Below are positions 14,149 through 27,950 of a DNA stretch of 64,000 bases, piece after piece. The translations under genes and the position numbers were made by a program. Under the pieces are notes generated by a model, which was not told the origin of the DNA, made no database searches, and saw only the letters and a list, made by a program, of their open reading frames with translations. The number at the start of each line of letters is the position of its first letter. Position 1 is the stretch's first letter. Source of the DNA: Calcarisporiella thermophila CBS 279.70 (taxonomy: Eukaryota > Fungi > Calcarisporiellomycota); contig NW_027192224.1 of NCBI RefSeq assembly GCF_041956535.1, positions 165,136-229,135 on the forward strand, given 5' to 3'.

Positions 14149-15202
14149 AGGATTCCAGGTCGTTAAAGGGAAAAGGTGTAAAAGAAAAGAGCGTATAACT
14201 AGAGGCCTTACACACCATCTTCTCATGTTCAACTCTCCTTTTTCTCTTCTTTTTTTTTTAATTCCATGTATTTTATTTCATAACTATAACATTTACTTTT
14301 CTGTTATTCAATGGAACCTTTTTTATGCCGTGTTCTCATACATGTTATAAAAATTTTTATATAGATTTTTTTTTAATTTCATGTTTTGATAAAACACCCC
14401 CCTTTTCTCTATAGCACGCTTTCTTTTTTTTGAAAACCCTGTTTGTTCATCGTTTTCCTATATTATGGCACATTAAACAGCTTAGCTAAAAAACAGTTCC
14501 TCGGTCTTGAGTGATTCAAGGACTTTACAGCTATATCTTGCCATTTAACTCGTCAAGAATGTAAACTGTTTTTTTTTAGCTAAGTTTTCTCGTGGTCTCT
14601 GTAAAGTTGTTCGTATCTGTGGATGAGTATTCGAGGTTTATCTTATTGAACTATTTTCAAACGTCACCGACTCTCATACACGCATAAACGGTATGCCTTA
14701 TGATTTACCCACCTGCGTTCCTTGCGGTTAAGCCTGGACAACTAGGCCAGCTCTTACAGTCTCTCTCATCTGAGGTGATACGCGATCACTTAAGTGACAG
14801 CTGCTGGATATAATGATATCTGACACTGTCGACTAGTCTTAATGAGAATAGACTTTGATGCTCTTACCTCCGGTAAGCTTACCCCTTCCACCGGCATATT
14901 ACAACCCTTAATTATCCCGTTTCCAAAAATCCAAGTTCAAGAGTTAAATTGAAAACATACAGTGTTTATTGGAATTATTGTATAGAAAAATAAAAAAAAA
15001 CTACTAAGTGGATAAGACTGAAAGAAATAAACCTTTATCAGTGGAAATCTCCTTACTCTAAAAACTATATTCAAAGTATCTTTCGAGAGAAATAGAATAT
15101 ATATTACCAATGGACAGATGAACGAAAAAAAAGAAAAGACAGACAAACAGATATAGTTATATAAACAGATATAAATTAGCAGTACTGCACAAGCTAAACT
15201 AA

Positions 15203-18200
15203 CTAATTACGAAAAGAGAACGGCACAAACATTCGAGTGCCCGTGGTTTTTTGTCCGTCCCCATCGGTTACGCCCGACACCGCTGATCCGGGTGCCTGTT
15301 GCTGCCCATGCTCCCCGCCTCGGAGTAGATCACTCTGAGTCGCGAGGGGACGCGATTTGAGTGCTGCTGTGAAGCTCGGCTTCAGACTGTGGATCTTTGG
15401 AATTTTGCTTGCGGATTTCACTAGCTCCTCCGCCCCTCCTTTCCCTTCCATTTCCGATGCAGAGCGCTTTACCAGTGAACCCACCTTGGTTTGCAGCATG
15501 TTTCCAGTGCCGATGCCCTGGTGATTTGTGGTGTTTGCAATGTTCGAGATATTGGTGCTGTTAGTGTTGTGTTGTTTGCCACCGGTAGGAGGACGACGCT
15601 TGGCGCGGGCAGATTTCGCAGGGGAGGGAGAGGCGAGTGCCCATTTTGGAGTGAGGTGTTGTTGAGCGAGAAGGGAGGTGCTGATCAGGGGATTGTAGCC
15701 TTGATTTTGCGGGGACGTGAACGAGATGTCTTGTTGGGATTGCTCGATGGTGCGTGGATCGTCCAAAACGGATGATTTATCCCCCACATCTCCCCTAACC
15801 CTAATCAAGTCAATGAGTAAACGCTTTCGAGGCGGACACTTAAAATGGAAAGAAAGAGATATCTTACCCTCTAGTGTCGACTTCCATCGCCTCAGTTTGA
15901 GTGTATCTTGAGGTGGTGTTCGCGATTTTCTCTAGGTCAATTCCAAAGAAACTTAGAACCGAATCGGCCTCCCTGTACGCGCAGTCACGAACGATCTTGG
16001 TAATCTTCTCAACTGCAGCGCTCACGGCTTCGAATTGCTCCGAACTTAAGCCGACGCTAACCCTCGAAGCATGACTCCCATCTATCTCCACATTTGTTCT
16101 GGTGGATGGCGGTGCCTGAGGATCTTTGTGGGCAGCCGCCATCACAGCTTCTACGACGGCAACCTTGATTGCGTCCAATTGGTCAACGGTTACCGGATTA
16201 CTAACTGCCTCCAGCTTCGCAGTGATCTCTTTAAGTGAACGCTGGACGGTTCCAAAGTGTTCCCCGAGCGCAGTGGTGTTATCAATGCTCTGAAGTTGCT
16301 TTGAAATTGCGTCTAATTGTTGGGTGATTTCCACGGGTTGGCTTGGTGCATCACTCTGCTCTGGGCTGATCAATTGTGATTTCGCAACAGACTCCTCAAT
16401 AAGCGTGCGTAATGCTTGGAGGGGCGCAAGCGCGTCAGCCACAGTTTGCTGAAGTAGCTCTGTTTGAAGATTAGTCATTTTCGACACCTCTTCGTTATTC
16501 AAATCCTCCTCAGCTCCTGTCGTCACTTTCAAAGGGCCATTGTCTTGGTGGGGAAGCTGTTCCATCAGGCGTTCGAGGGCGTTCTTAATTGCTCCAAGCT
16601 GAGTTTGCGCTGCAGTATCAAGGGTGGCGTTCATACGCTCCACGCGTTCACTGAGATCATCAATTGCCTCCTCAATTCCACCAAGTTGCTCCGTGGCGGC
16701 AGAACGAATGACTGTGCCCATCCGGTCTACTTTGTCGGTCAGGCTCTCGATTACGCTGCGGAATTTTTCGATCTGTTCTTCGGTTTGGGTCGTCGGTGCG
16801 GCGATCTTTGCTTCCGCTTGATCACTATTTTCGTGCACAGAGGCTGGGGTGTTTGATTCATCTTGGGCCTGCATTGGCAGTTTCTCTAGGATCTTCTCCA
16901 GCCCTTGTTGAATATGCTGGAGGCCAGAAATATCGTGTTGTGACACATTCTGTTCTACTGCAGCTTTGAGGGAGGATGCCTGCTCAGTTATTGAATTCTT
17001 GATCTCCATTAGAAGGTCGATTAATGGTGACTCGTTGGTGGCAGAATGGTTGCTTGAAATATACTCGAGTTTCTCAGATATATTTCTCATGGTGGCCCGG
17101 AGCTCCTCAAATGCGCTGCTGTTTTCCATTGCTGATTTGAGCGAGATGGCTTGTTCAGCAAGCGAGTACTTGATTTCAATTAGGTGATCAATGGCCGTGG
17201 CCTCGTCGTCACTTGGAGAGGGTGATGATCTTGCAGACGTCAGCTTTTCGGACACCTCCTTGATAGCCTCTTTCACGGCTTCCATATGCTCTTTTATCTC
17301 GGCAGTACTATCAAGAGGCATTGGGCCGACATTTTCATTTGATTCCATTCTAGATTCTTTCCTCTCCTCCAGCCACTCATGCATCGGAAGGGTAGCATTC
17401 ATAAGTTTCCCGATATCTTCCCTGATCTCACGCAGGGTCTCATCAAATTTGGAGGCTAGTTCATTACCTTCCTCATTGCCTCCACCCATTGCACTCATCT
17501 CTATTTTCTTTAGTGCCTCGGCCATGGTGCGGATCTGGTCTCGCATGGATCCATCCTCCTCGGTGTTCTTTGTTGCATTTGCGAGAGCGGCCACTTGGCT
17601 CAGGATCGCTGAAGACGAATCACTGAGTGCTTCGCGCATAGAACCAAACCCGTCGTCCAAGGAAGCTCTCATCTGCTGCATGTGCTCGGCCACTTGCGTG
17701 AGCTCTTCGATTTTTTTCTCGAGGCTCTGGAACAAAGGTGCGGCAGACAACTCGGGGATCAGGTTGCTTTGCACAGAGTTGGTTACCCCATCAACAATTT
17801 CAGATGCAGCAGGAAGAGCAGAGAGTGAGCTGGAAATGGTGGTAAGGGTTTCTTTGAGCTGGGCAATATCTCCAGAGATGTCGCTCTCTTTTGACACTCC
17901 AGCAATATGCGATACCGACTCGTTAAGGGAATCAAGGCGTTTCAATAGCTCGCTGGTGTCAGTGCTCGTTTCAAGACAAGCTCTAAGTCCGTCTATTGCT
18001 TCTAACACTGGCGCGCGATCTGCCGCGCGATCCATAGTTGTGGTGAGATCTTGGTGAAGATTGACAAGGTGGTCACGGAGATCGTGCTGTTCTTTCATCA
18101 GCTCAGTAGACCGGCTGTCCATAGATTCCATGGTTCTCTCGAGGTTTTGAAGTATAGGAAATGTGCTCTCCATAGCAGGCTCTTTGCGTTCGGTTCGGTG

Positions 18201-19186
18201 ACTGGGTGAAAATTTCTCTAGAATGAAATCGTGAAAGGTCAAAATAAAATAAATTTAGTGCGTGTTTCAGTAAACTAGTTACCCTTGATAAATGTCTGTA
18301 ACCTAAGGCAAGTGCCTACCGTGCATCCTAAAGCACGGATTGCTTCAAACGATAGATTCTCAACCATATCCCACGTGTTAACCTGCTCTCTTACAAAGGC
18401 CTCGGCGAGTTCGGACGAGAAACCGTGCTCTTTCAACCAGAGAGCGATCTCACTAGAGTCTAAATCTAGGGATTAATATCTCATTAATATTTCCGAAAAT
18501 AAGGGATAGGTACCATTTTCTGCATCGTTCTCGATGGTGTTGAACACAGTAGAGGGCTCCTCGGAATGTTCCTCAGTGTCCTCGTCCATCTCCGCATGCT
18601 CGTCATCTTCCACAGTATTCTCATTACTCTCTTCTTCTCTCTCAGGTTCGCTCTCTTTTTCTTCGGATCCTGCCGATGTACACGGGGTGGAAGCAGCAGT
18701 ACTTTCCTCAGTACATTCAGCATCTTTCGTTTCTATCGGCGAATCCTCTCCTTTATCTGTATTTTCCTCCTCGCTCTCGCTTTCTTCTTCGCTTCCGCTG
18801 CGATAGCAACATATTAGTAAAAAAGTGCAAATATAAACAATATTTTAAAAATTAGCCAGTACCTTTCTTCTACAGTTTCTTTCTGCTGTTCAGCAACATA
18901 TTGTCGGAGGTCTTCTATGATATCCGCATTCTAGAAGATAATACATGACGATAAGGTTGTGAAAAAAGTAAATTAAGCAGAATTTTCGCGTATATACCTT
19001 CTTATTACCACTCTTGATGCCTAGTTGCTATAGATAAGAGGACAGAAGTATAAATGTGTTACGCGTTTTTGCTCCGATGTGCCCAGGAAAATATACGCTA
19101 GAGCATTCGATTCAACCTACCTTACACAATGCCTGTAATTCCGCCCGCTTCAATTTAGGAAGCTTGTCTAGGTCGATATCAATCAT
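15203..19186 (-). CDS. Large coiled-coil protein with N-terminal SAP/HeH-like motif and acidic linker, multi-exon
   Basis: Spliced N-terminus MIDIDLDKLPKLKRAELQALCK|QLGIKSGNKK|NADIIEDLRQYV fits the SAP pattern. Followed by a 792-codon heptad-rich exon and a 201-codon basic/low-complexity last exon. Confidence 0.7.
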
Positions 19187-19401
19187 TGTTGCGATTTAAT
19201 TCAGCATGAGTTGTAGAGAGTAGTTTTGATTGATTTGAGTTGCAGCTGAAATAAACGATTGCGTATATAGTAATGGAAATGGAGAGTAAATAAGAAAAGG
19301 CCAAAGGTAGCAGAGAAAATGACCTTATAGTTAGTGGAGGTATTATCGAGTACAAACAGATATGTGTATATGAAACAAAATGGAATCAAAGTAGGAAAGA
19401 A

Positions 19402-19457
19402 ACGCGTTGGCAATTTTTGGCCTCTAAAGAATCAATGGAATGCACGGCGAGACGCGT
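19402..19457. promoter_or_regulatory. Two MCB-type elements (ACGCGT) upstream of the SAP/coiled-coil gene
   Basis: ACGCGT at 19402-19407 and 19452-19457, about 220-270 bp upstream of ATG 19186. MCB is the MBF site in yeasts; function here is inferred. Confidence 0.4.
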
Positions 19458-20038
19458 TTGCATTTTTTAATTTTTTACATCAATAAAAATCGATGTTTAA
19501 GGTTAAGAGCTCCTATTGAAATGAAACAAGTCCTTAACGAGGAGCCAATGAAACAGACCGCATACATACTCGCATTTGAATAGGGAAGTTGGTAAAGAAA
19601 ATCCGGTACTAGACTATGAGAGCCGCAAGCCAGACGTCTCTCCATCCAATCGTTCCAATTGACTATGTATCCCTTATCATCACTTATACTGTAGTGAAGA
19701 GGTTTTTGTTCCTTTAAATTTTCTTTGTATTATTCGCAGCGGCTACCGTCAATCCTTTGAAGGAGAAAACGTCCGTAAATTGAGTGTTGTAAACATGACG
19801 ATGCATAGTTGTTGAAAATGCGTACCTCTCCAAAGATCAAACCCAGGATTCACATCCACTAGAGATGGAATTGCCGCAGAATATTCCCTTCATTTATAAA
19901 AAAAAGTATTTAGGAGCAGCATTTCTACGCATTTATTAGTTAGGAGCCAGCTCTGAATATTTTAAGATTAATTGACTGAAACAAACGCAAAGTGAAAAAT
20001 ATTAGATGAAAGCCAAACAACTCTCGAGATACCACAAA

Positions 20039-21001
20039 TTAAAAGATGGCTGGTAGTTTTGCATCCCAGTTCGAAGGAAGCTTGAATCCAACAACGTGAG
20101 CCATGACAGCGGCCGTATCCATGTTTCGCAGCTGGCCTTTGATTTCGTGAGGCTTAATGCCGGGGCCTCTGGCGGCAAAGAGGACGTTGATTTCGCTAGG
20201 CATGATGCCTCCGTGGCCTTTACCCAAACCGCCGTGATCGCAGGTTACCAATACAAGGGTATCCTTGCTCTTGCCACTCGTCTCCAGCGCATTTAGGATT
20301 TGTCCGAATGCGGCATCCGTTTTAGGCCACCCGTTGACATAGGCGGTCGAGTTCCAACCATGAGCATGGCCCAATTCATCCATATTCCCGTGATGGATGA
20401 AGAGGATTTGGAAATCGGTGTTTTTGATGTAGTCCACGGCTTTGGGCGTGCAGAGCGTGAAATCGTCACCAGTCTCTTTGGTCATCTTTACGCTACGCTC
20501 GATAATGCCGATGTTGACGGCCTTCCAATTGGCAATCGAAGCCATTTTAATGTCGGGGCGCTCTTTTTGCACGAGTTTGAAGAGAGAAGGGTATGGGGAA
20601 TCCTCGGGGTATGGTTTAGTCTCGGCAACGGGGTTGGTAAGACCGTGCTTTGCCGGAGATACACCGTGGATCATAGATCCCCAGTTTTGAGCTACAGAAA
20701 ATGAAAAATAAAATAAAATAAATATATTAGTGGAGAGAAGAAAACAGAGCGTTCAAGGTAGGGAAGCTCTAGTACCAGAAATCGTGGGGATCATAGCTTT
20801 CGCCTTGTAACTGTACGCCGATTCCTTGATAAACTTTTTGAGATTGGGAGTGTTGCCCCATTGCATGAACGCGCCTCCGCCATCGATGCCGAAGACAACG
20901 ACGCGCTTGATTTTGGCGGCGGTGGTGTCAACTTCGTCGCCTAGAGATTTAGCAACGCAAAGAGCGACAAGGGTAAGAGTAGCAAGGGCTTTGAAAACCA
21001 T
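20039..21001 (-). CDS. Secreted alkaline-phosphatase-superfamily type I phosphodiesterase / nucleotide pyrophosphatase, 2 exons
   Basis: Signal peptide, VVVFGIDG, PTISAQNW (nucleophile position; restored by intron 20692-20775), DELGH and VTCDHGG..GHG metal-ligand motifs. Confidence 0.88.
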
Positions 21002-22073
21002 TTTTGATTTCGGTGCTTAGCTGCCGTTCGCATTTCGTAAGATTCCCTCTCTTTTATACTTTTTAAGGTCCTGGAAGTTTCCCGTTCTTGACTTTAGGTT
21101 TGCTTACACAGTCCTAATCCATAAACATCTCAGTGAACTGAAAATAAATTAAGTTTGCAGACGCTCTTTATCCAAGGATTCAGAAGCTTCCCATGTGCCC
21201 CTTGTTGCGCATTTTCATTGCAGTAACTTCGTAATACTGAGCGATATTTGACGGTAAACAATCTCTCGCGCGAGATTTAGTAGTCAGTGCTAGCCTCCAT
21301 ATTCAGGTCGAGCCTTCTCAGTCATGTTAACAGAACGAGAAGATTTTCCTCGCCATCGTGAGGTTAAATATCCGATGTTGGATAGAAATACGAATGAGTT
21401 GCGACTTGATCAATCAATGGCAAAGATAAGGAATCATAAATACTCCCAGGCGCGCTTTCAACGGCGCGGCGCACATGTTCTTATGTAATGGTTGGCGTTT
21501 AGTGCTTGGAGGGTTACAGGGTTAGATTAAGTAATAAAAAATGGGAAGAAAGACAGAAATTTTCGGCTACAGCATCTAACTCATCATAGAGAAATAGCAT
21601 TGCTCAACCCTGCCAAATATATCGTAACTTAGAGATAAGGTTTATTAAAGATCGATGGTGTTCTCTGTGTAATATTGCCAATTTTCGCAGAAGCATCATA
21701 ACATACCTCTTTTAAATGGAGTTGAAGAACATGATGCCATCAAGTTTGTGTAATGAATCGATAAAAGTAATAGCACATTTAGAGTATTATAGGGTGGTAA
21801 ATGAGGAGGGTCCTATACGGGCCAGATTTATAAAATACACTCAACCGAGCTCGAAAAATGAGCATTCTCCACCAACAAACCATGCTAAGAAGATATTGAC
21901 ACGCATCACATCGGCTACCACTTGTGCTCCCAAAGGGATCAACCCAGTAATACTCAAGCTTCGCCTACCGCCCTGTAGTATTGATTTTATATTTCATTAG
22001 AATTTAAATTTGAGTTTTATTAGCTCGTAACAAAACAAAGACCTAAAGATGATAAATAATATTCACAAGACTA

Positions 22074-23612
22074 TCACTTTATTGACAACAGTTTCACCTC
22101 GAATGTCAAAGTGGCGTTGGGTGGAATGTCCGGAGGCGCTCCCCGTGAACCATAAGCCAGAGCGGCAGGAATCGTCAACTTGCGTTCTCCACCGACGGCC
22201 ATTCCCTTGATACCGAGATCCCAGCCTTTGATCACTTCACCAGCGCCAAGCTTAAAGGTGAATGGCTTCCCAGACGTGTTCGAATCAAACATCTTTCCAT
22301 TCTTTAGGCGACCAATGTACCGCATGCTAACGCGCTGACCAGGTTTGGCGTTAGGACCATTGCCTACCACCTTGTCTTCAATTATTAGGCCATTGGGGAG
22401 CTTTTGAACTGAGGCCTTCTAATATGAATAATGAAGAGCCATGGGTTAGGATGGCTTCTATGTAAAATCAATGCGACTAGAGGTTACCTTTGCGCTCTCG
22501 GGTGTCTTTTGTTTCTCCTCCTTTTGGGCGGGTTTGGGCGTCTCTTGCTTTCCTTTTTGCTTTTGTGCCGACTGAGGGGTCTCTTGTTGCTTTTGTTTCT
22601 TTGGTTCGGGCGTCGATTTTTCGACCGCCACGCCATTGTTTGCTTTTAGCTTCTTCGCGGCTTTCTCTGCCCCATTCGGTGTCGATTCCTGCTTCTGCTT
22701 CTTTTGGTTTACTATTACAAACAAGCATTGCATAGTTAGGCGCCAATGCAGTAAAATAACGAAAAAAATCGATGTAAATTCCCACCTTCTTGCGCTTTCT
22801 CCTCTTTAAGGTTGCCATTCACCTGTTCATCAGCAAAAGAAACGCGCCTGCCCTCTTTCTTACCCTTCTTAGCCGTAGCCTTTTCTTTCTTAATTTCCTC
22901 CATTTCTTCATCCTCCTCCTCAACCTCTTCGTCTTCTTCCTCCTCATCCTCTTCTTCCATTTCATTTTCCTCATCTTCATCAAGCTCCTCGTCGCTGTCC
23001 ATGCCCAATGCCAAATCCTCATCCAGTGGTGTGTAGTTGCCAGTAAGGTAAACGGGACTTTTATCAACGAAAATACGTTAGAACAGGTGCCAGTCAAGAG
23101 AACTAGCGAGATTCGCCATCGGCAGGAAATACATACCAGTCTCCGCTTACCGAAAAAATTATCTCCTCTCCTTCTGAAAAAGTAATGTCCAATTGCTGTT
23201 GCTCGTGCTAAATAATAATAGATAGGATTCAGGATGAGCAAAATGAGTATTATATTAGTTATGGAAAGCAATATGTTCATCCTATACGCACACTTCCAGG
23301 AACCAAGCAGCAGAGAACATACTCGGACTCATCGACCTTCACCTTAACGCATGATCGTTTTCCCTTGACTTCCTCACCATATGAGGCCTATCATTGATTT
23401 TATAAATAAGAAGTCGCGTAAAAAGTCCAACAAATTCTGCGTATTTACCATCGAGACTCTGAAAGGAACCTCGACCACCTGGCGGTAAGTTTTTCCTGCC
23501 TCCACAAGAAGGCCTATTTTTTAAAAGCACGATGAAAACCCATGATGTCAGGTGAAGAGCCAATAAATCAAAATAAATAGAAGATATTACCCCAAAATCC
23601 TAGAGCTGACAT
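22074..23612 (-). CDS. FPR4: Nucleoplasmin-like + FKBP peptidyl-prolyl isomerase (Fpr3/Fpr4/Fkbp39 type), multi-exon
   Basis: [17 protein letters not shown] nucleoplasmin-like start, acidic and Lys-rich linker, C-terminal [44 protein letters not shown]. Confidence 0.92.
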
Positions 23613-24241
23613 GTTTAATCAAAAAATGAAAACCAAAGTGAAGTTCTAATGAAGAGGGCAAATATTAAATATTCAAAGCATTTTAGAGTTTTGTTTACCC
23701 GTGACTGTTTTTGATTTCGAAGAGCGATTCAGGCGTTTCTAAGCATATGAAGAGGAGCTGGTACTATTTAGAGCCAGACATATGTCCCGTTTTGTAAACT
23801 GTAGTTAGAAGCATATGCTTCACTTGAAAACTCTAATACCTGAAGTGACCCAAGTCAAAACTTGGGTACAGGGTAGGAATAAAAAAAAAATCCACAAGTT
23901 GAGATCTTTATTCTGTATAATACGAAACAACGATTCAATAGTGTAATGTGAAGTACACTGAGGAAGTCTAGAAATTTGCGGCACTTCATAAGCAAGCCAA
24001 TTGCTTCCACCAACTGTTTGGTCAAATAGATTAGCCAGATCTATCAAGGAAGTCGTAGTCAGTATAGAGAGGAGGAAACCCAGTACACACTACTTGACAA
24101 GCAATGGTAATCAAGAGTGTGCATGATAGAGTAGGAATTTATTATTCAAATTGACTTAAATATGCATAAAGCGTAAAAAAACCTATAATCCACATATCCA
24201 AATTTCATCAAAATAAAGCCACCATAAGTTTCCTAACCTAA

Positions 24242-25640
24242 TCAATCGCGAATTCTATGTCTATGATTTACTGGCGGAGATTCACTTCTCGACGCTCGTC
24301 TCTTGTAGCGTGAGGCTCTTTCATCTGATCTTTCGCGATAATGATGACTAGGCGGGCTACGAGATTGACTTCGATATGATCTTCTTGTAGGGGATCTGCC
24401 CCTACGGTAATAATCCCTATCCTCATAGCCTCTTCCTTTCTCGCTTGTATTATTGGGCGAAGGGCTGTCTCTTCGTCTATATGTATCCCGTTTATACTCT
24501 CGAGGGGGAGACCGGCCACGCCGATAATCGTCTTCATATCTTCTCTTCTTGTCCGACGTACCTGATCCATCACGGAGTGGAGATTTATTTCTCTCATTAG
24601 AATAATGCCGTCCATATTTCCTTTCATTCCTGTCTACTCTAGCCGCTGAGCTTTTGCTATCACTACGATGATTTCGCCTATCGCTTCGTGTAGGTGACCT
24701 TGATCTCGATCTTGATCTCGATCTTGATCTCGATAGAGCTCGCGAAGGTGACTTAGACCTAGAGCTTGATACAGATCTATCGTGTTTATGTTTATGCTTA
24801 TGTTTATGCTTGTTTTTGTGCTTTTTCTTTTTATCCTTCTTCTCTTTCTTTTCCTTGCGACGCTTTTCTGACGCTTCTCCAATATCTCGCTCACTTATTT
24901 GTGCTGTCCGGCTAAACGCTGCGCTCGAATCTCGAGGCGATCCGCTTTTTAGCACTCTTTCGTCCCCTGGGAGAATTTCTGTGGTGGAGCTTCCAGCAAA
25001 ATCAGAGCGATTCGTTAATCTATATGTGTAGAGGAAAAAGGAAAGGGCAAGTTAGAGAATCTCTGAAAAAATGGGCAAATGTAATTGCATTTCCCAGGCG
25101 CTCCAATCCTGATACCATACCTCCCAAAACCAATGCCATGGCTTTCCGTGGCCTCAGCCAGAGGCTCGTCCGATTCATTTAGACCTTCTGTCTCTTGCTG
25201 CAGTACGCTACGCAGTTCCTGCTGGCTTATTTGCTCTTTTGGCTGGGATGACGGCTTTTTAATGCCAAGAGCTTCTGCCATAGCTTCAGCCTCAGCTTGT
25301 TTGATTTTTGCAATCTCATCTAAATTAGCTTGATTTGTTGCATCGGTTTTGTCACGGGTATACCATTGTAGATCTTTGCCTTTTTGCCATCTATAGGGTA
25401 GGATGTGAGTGTGCTGTTTTAAATAAATGTGTGTTGAAACAAGCAACCTTCCAACAGGAGCCTTCAGCGAGTGACCAATATAGAATTCACGATATTTATC
25501 CTCCTTGACCGAATCCCAAGTAAACTAAGCGAAAAATATACATATTTAGCTAATCATTGAATCGAGAAAAAAATCGGCTTTTAATAAAAGCTCACCTGAT
25601 CCCTTCCTCCTCTGACTCCTCCTCTTGATGGATGAAACAT
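24242..25640 (-). CDS. MMTAG2/C1orf35-like protein with RS-rich tail, multi-exon
   Basis: [15 protein letters not shown]|FTWDSVKEDKYREFYIGHSLKAPVG|RWQKGKDLQWY, then K/H-rich and RS-rich C-terminus. Confidence 0.88.
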
Positions 25641-25788
25641 AGTTTAATAATAGTCGAATCTCTGATCAGCGAAGAGAGCTTTCAATTTTTTATTAAAAAA
25701 ATGTGACGTTTAAACCGAAATAGTTAATTCAAAGCGATTTAACAAAAGTAGCAGGAACGACGCGATCCAACAATTATCCCCTAATACA

Positions 25789-27090
25789 ATGGTTAGAGCT
25801 TCTTCATCGCAAAATCACAGTGAACTAGACGTGGTGCCTTCCACACAAAATGGTGATACAGAGTTTGACTTCTCTCCCAATCAGCCGGTCGATTCGGCTT
25901 CGGCCAGCCGATTCGCGTCACTCATCAGTTCCTACGATGGAAATTTTAGCAGCCTCAATCAGGCAATTGGACTCACAACTGAGGTGGCCATTGATTTGGA
26001 AGAATCGAATGAGGCTAATGCTGTGAATATTACTATATTCAAATCTTTTGCTGAAAGTGAGATTGAGGTTTATTGTTTCAATTTTCTGTTAGGTCCGTCG
26101 ATTGGAAGACTGCATACGCACCTATATCGACGTTGATTTTCAGTTGAAGCTCCAGCAAGATATTTTAAAAAAGATTAAAACGCATCTTTCCCGAGGCGAT
26201 CAACTTGTATGTAGCTGACTATTGCTTCTTTCTCTCATCGCGGAAGTTTAGCGAATTCACCACTATACTCATAATTCTAGTCTCATTTGCACGAGCTCTA
26301 CGAGCGCGAGTATCAGAAGGAATTACAAGCTTACACCAATACAAACGAGAAGCAAAAATTTTCTCAAAATGCTCATATCAAAGATTTCAAGCAGAAAGTC
26401 TGGGTAAATATGGCAATCTATTGTTCACTCCTCTCTCTCTATAGACAGTAGTTGGGCATTTTTTTGCCCAACGTGCTATCCCGTCGCCCTAATAATAAAA
26501 TTTAATTCTCTATTACAGGATGTCAAGCACAGAGGAGAGCCCATGCCTATTGAGGAGGACGAGGACGACGATCTCCTCTTTACATCGCAACATCAATCGC
26601 TGATGTGTCCCATAACGCAATCACTTCTCAAGGACCCTGTCACAAGGTATTCTATATATGAGCGACTTATATTTAATTGGGCAGATATTGCTCTATGTTG
26701 TATTGAACCATTATGTTCTTAAATTCTCCGCTCCATAGCACAAAATGCAGACACTCCTATTCTAAGGATGCCATCCTGGGTCTCATGCGACAGTATAACA
26801 GAGCTATGTCGATTCAGTGTCCCATCTCAGGTATTGTGAGGAACGTGGCTCTTCTTTTTTCCGCATGAGTTTTAAATTCTGAACCTTCTGAAGGATGTGA
26901 GCAAATGTTATCTCCTAACGACCTCCGTCCAGACAAATCTTTAGCGCGTCGAATTGCTCGACACCTGGCGCAGGAAGCAGGCGACGAACTTGAAGATGCA
27001 GTAAGTGTTTGTTTTTATACATGGTATGACCAGTGAATCCGGGGCACAGCAATAATATCTTTTTTTGCACGTTAGTATGAAGTTGAATAG
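25789..27090 (+). CDS. MMS21: Nse2/Mms21 SUMO E3 ligase (Smc5/6 subunit), multi-exon
   Basis: SP-RING-type EDEDDDLL..CPITQSLLKDPV..CRHSYSKDAI..CPISGC assembled across GT-AG introns. Confidence 0.85.
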
Positions 27091-27950
27091 CAAGATGCAA
27101 TTCAATTATGCTAGGGGGAGGGTATTTACAAGCAAATATACCAGGGTGTACGTCTTATTCGACTTTTGCTGTAATTTCTTCACACTTCCCGCAGCCGCTG
27201 TCGCAAGCATGACTCAGAGTGTATAATAGCGAAGAGTTGAGCCGGTATTATAAGTGGGCTGTAAGAGATCAAAAAACAAATATATATTCTGCACAAACCT
27301 CAGCTCTGGGGCAACCGTAAAAAGCAAAGAAAAAAAACATTTGATATGCTCCATGAAAACCGGTATACAGAGGAGACATTTTCTTCTATCCAATTTACGC
27401 GTAGAATAACACAGCTTCCGTTCTGTTCGCACTTGCATATGTTTGCAAAGGTTGTTTGGATTGCAAAATAAGTGTTTTAGCATTTGGCTTTAAAATAAAA
27501 CAACGCATCAATTATAAGAGGAAACGGCATTCCCAAGGATTGCCCAGAAAAACGAGGCCGAAAAGTGCGCATATTAGTTTGCGGAATTTTGCTGAAGCAC
27601 CTGGGAAAAAATAATTAATTCTGTGCTTGTGAAATCAAGTTTCTATTGCATTCCTTAAGTCCTTACTGGTTCTCCATCGGGCAATTCCCACATGGAAATT
27701 TGGCTTCCCGCAGCAAGGCTATAAAAAGGATGGCTCTATTCCCAACATTTCTTTCACCACTTCAGCTCAGCCGGTTCCTCTCTCTCTTCCCATCCTTTCC
27801 TTTTTCCCCTTGATCATTCAAATCTGATTGATTTTGATTTTGCTAATCCATTTGATTCTTAACTTCCGTTAGGTGGCGGCCTACTCCGATGGATGACTGC
27901 TAATGTAGCTCAATCCTGTGGTTTCTTATTTGCAAGAGGCATCAAGGGTT

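Noticed and set aside
14600-14900. Possible box C/D snoRNA or other structured ncRNA (GGATGA..CTGA with a weak terminal stem)
   Set aside because: Box C is imperfect, and I recognised no rRNA guide or U3/U14/MRP/RNase P motif. An Infernal/Rfam search would be needed.
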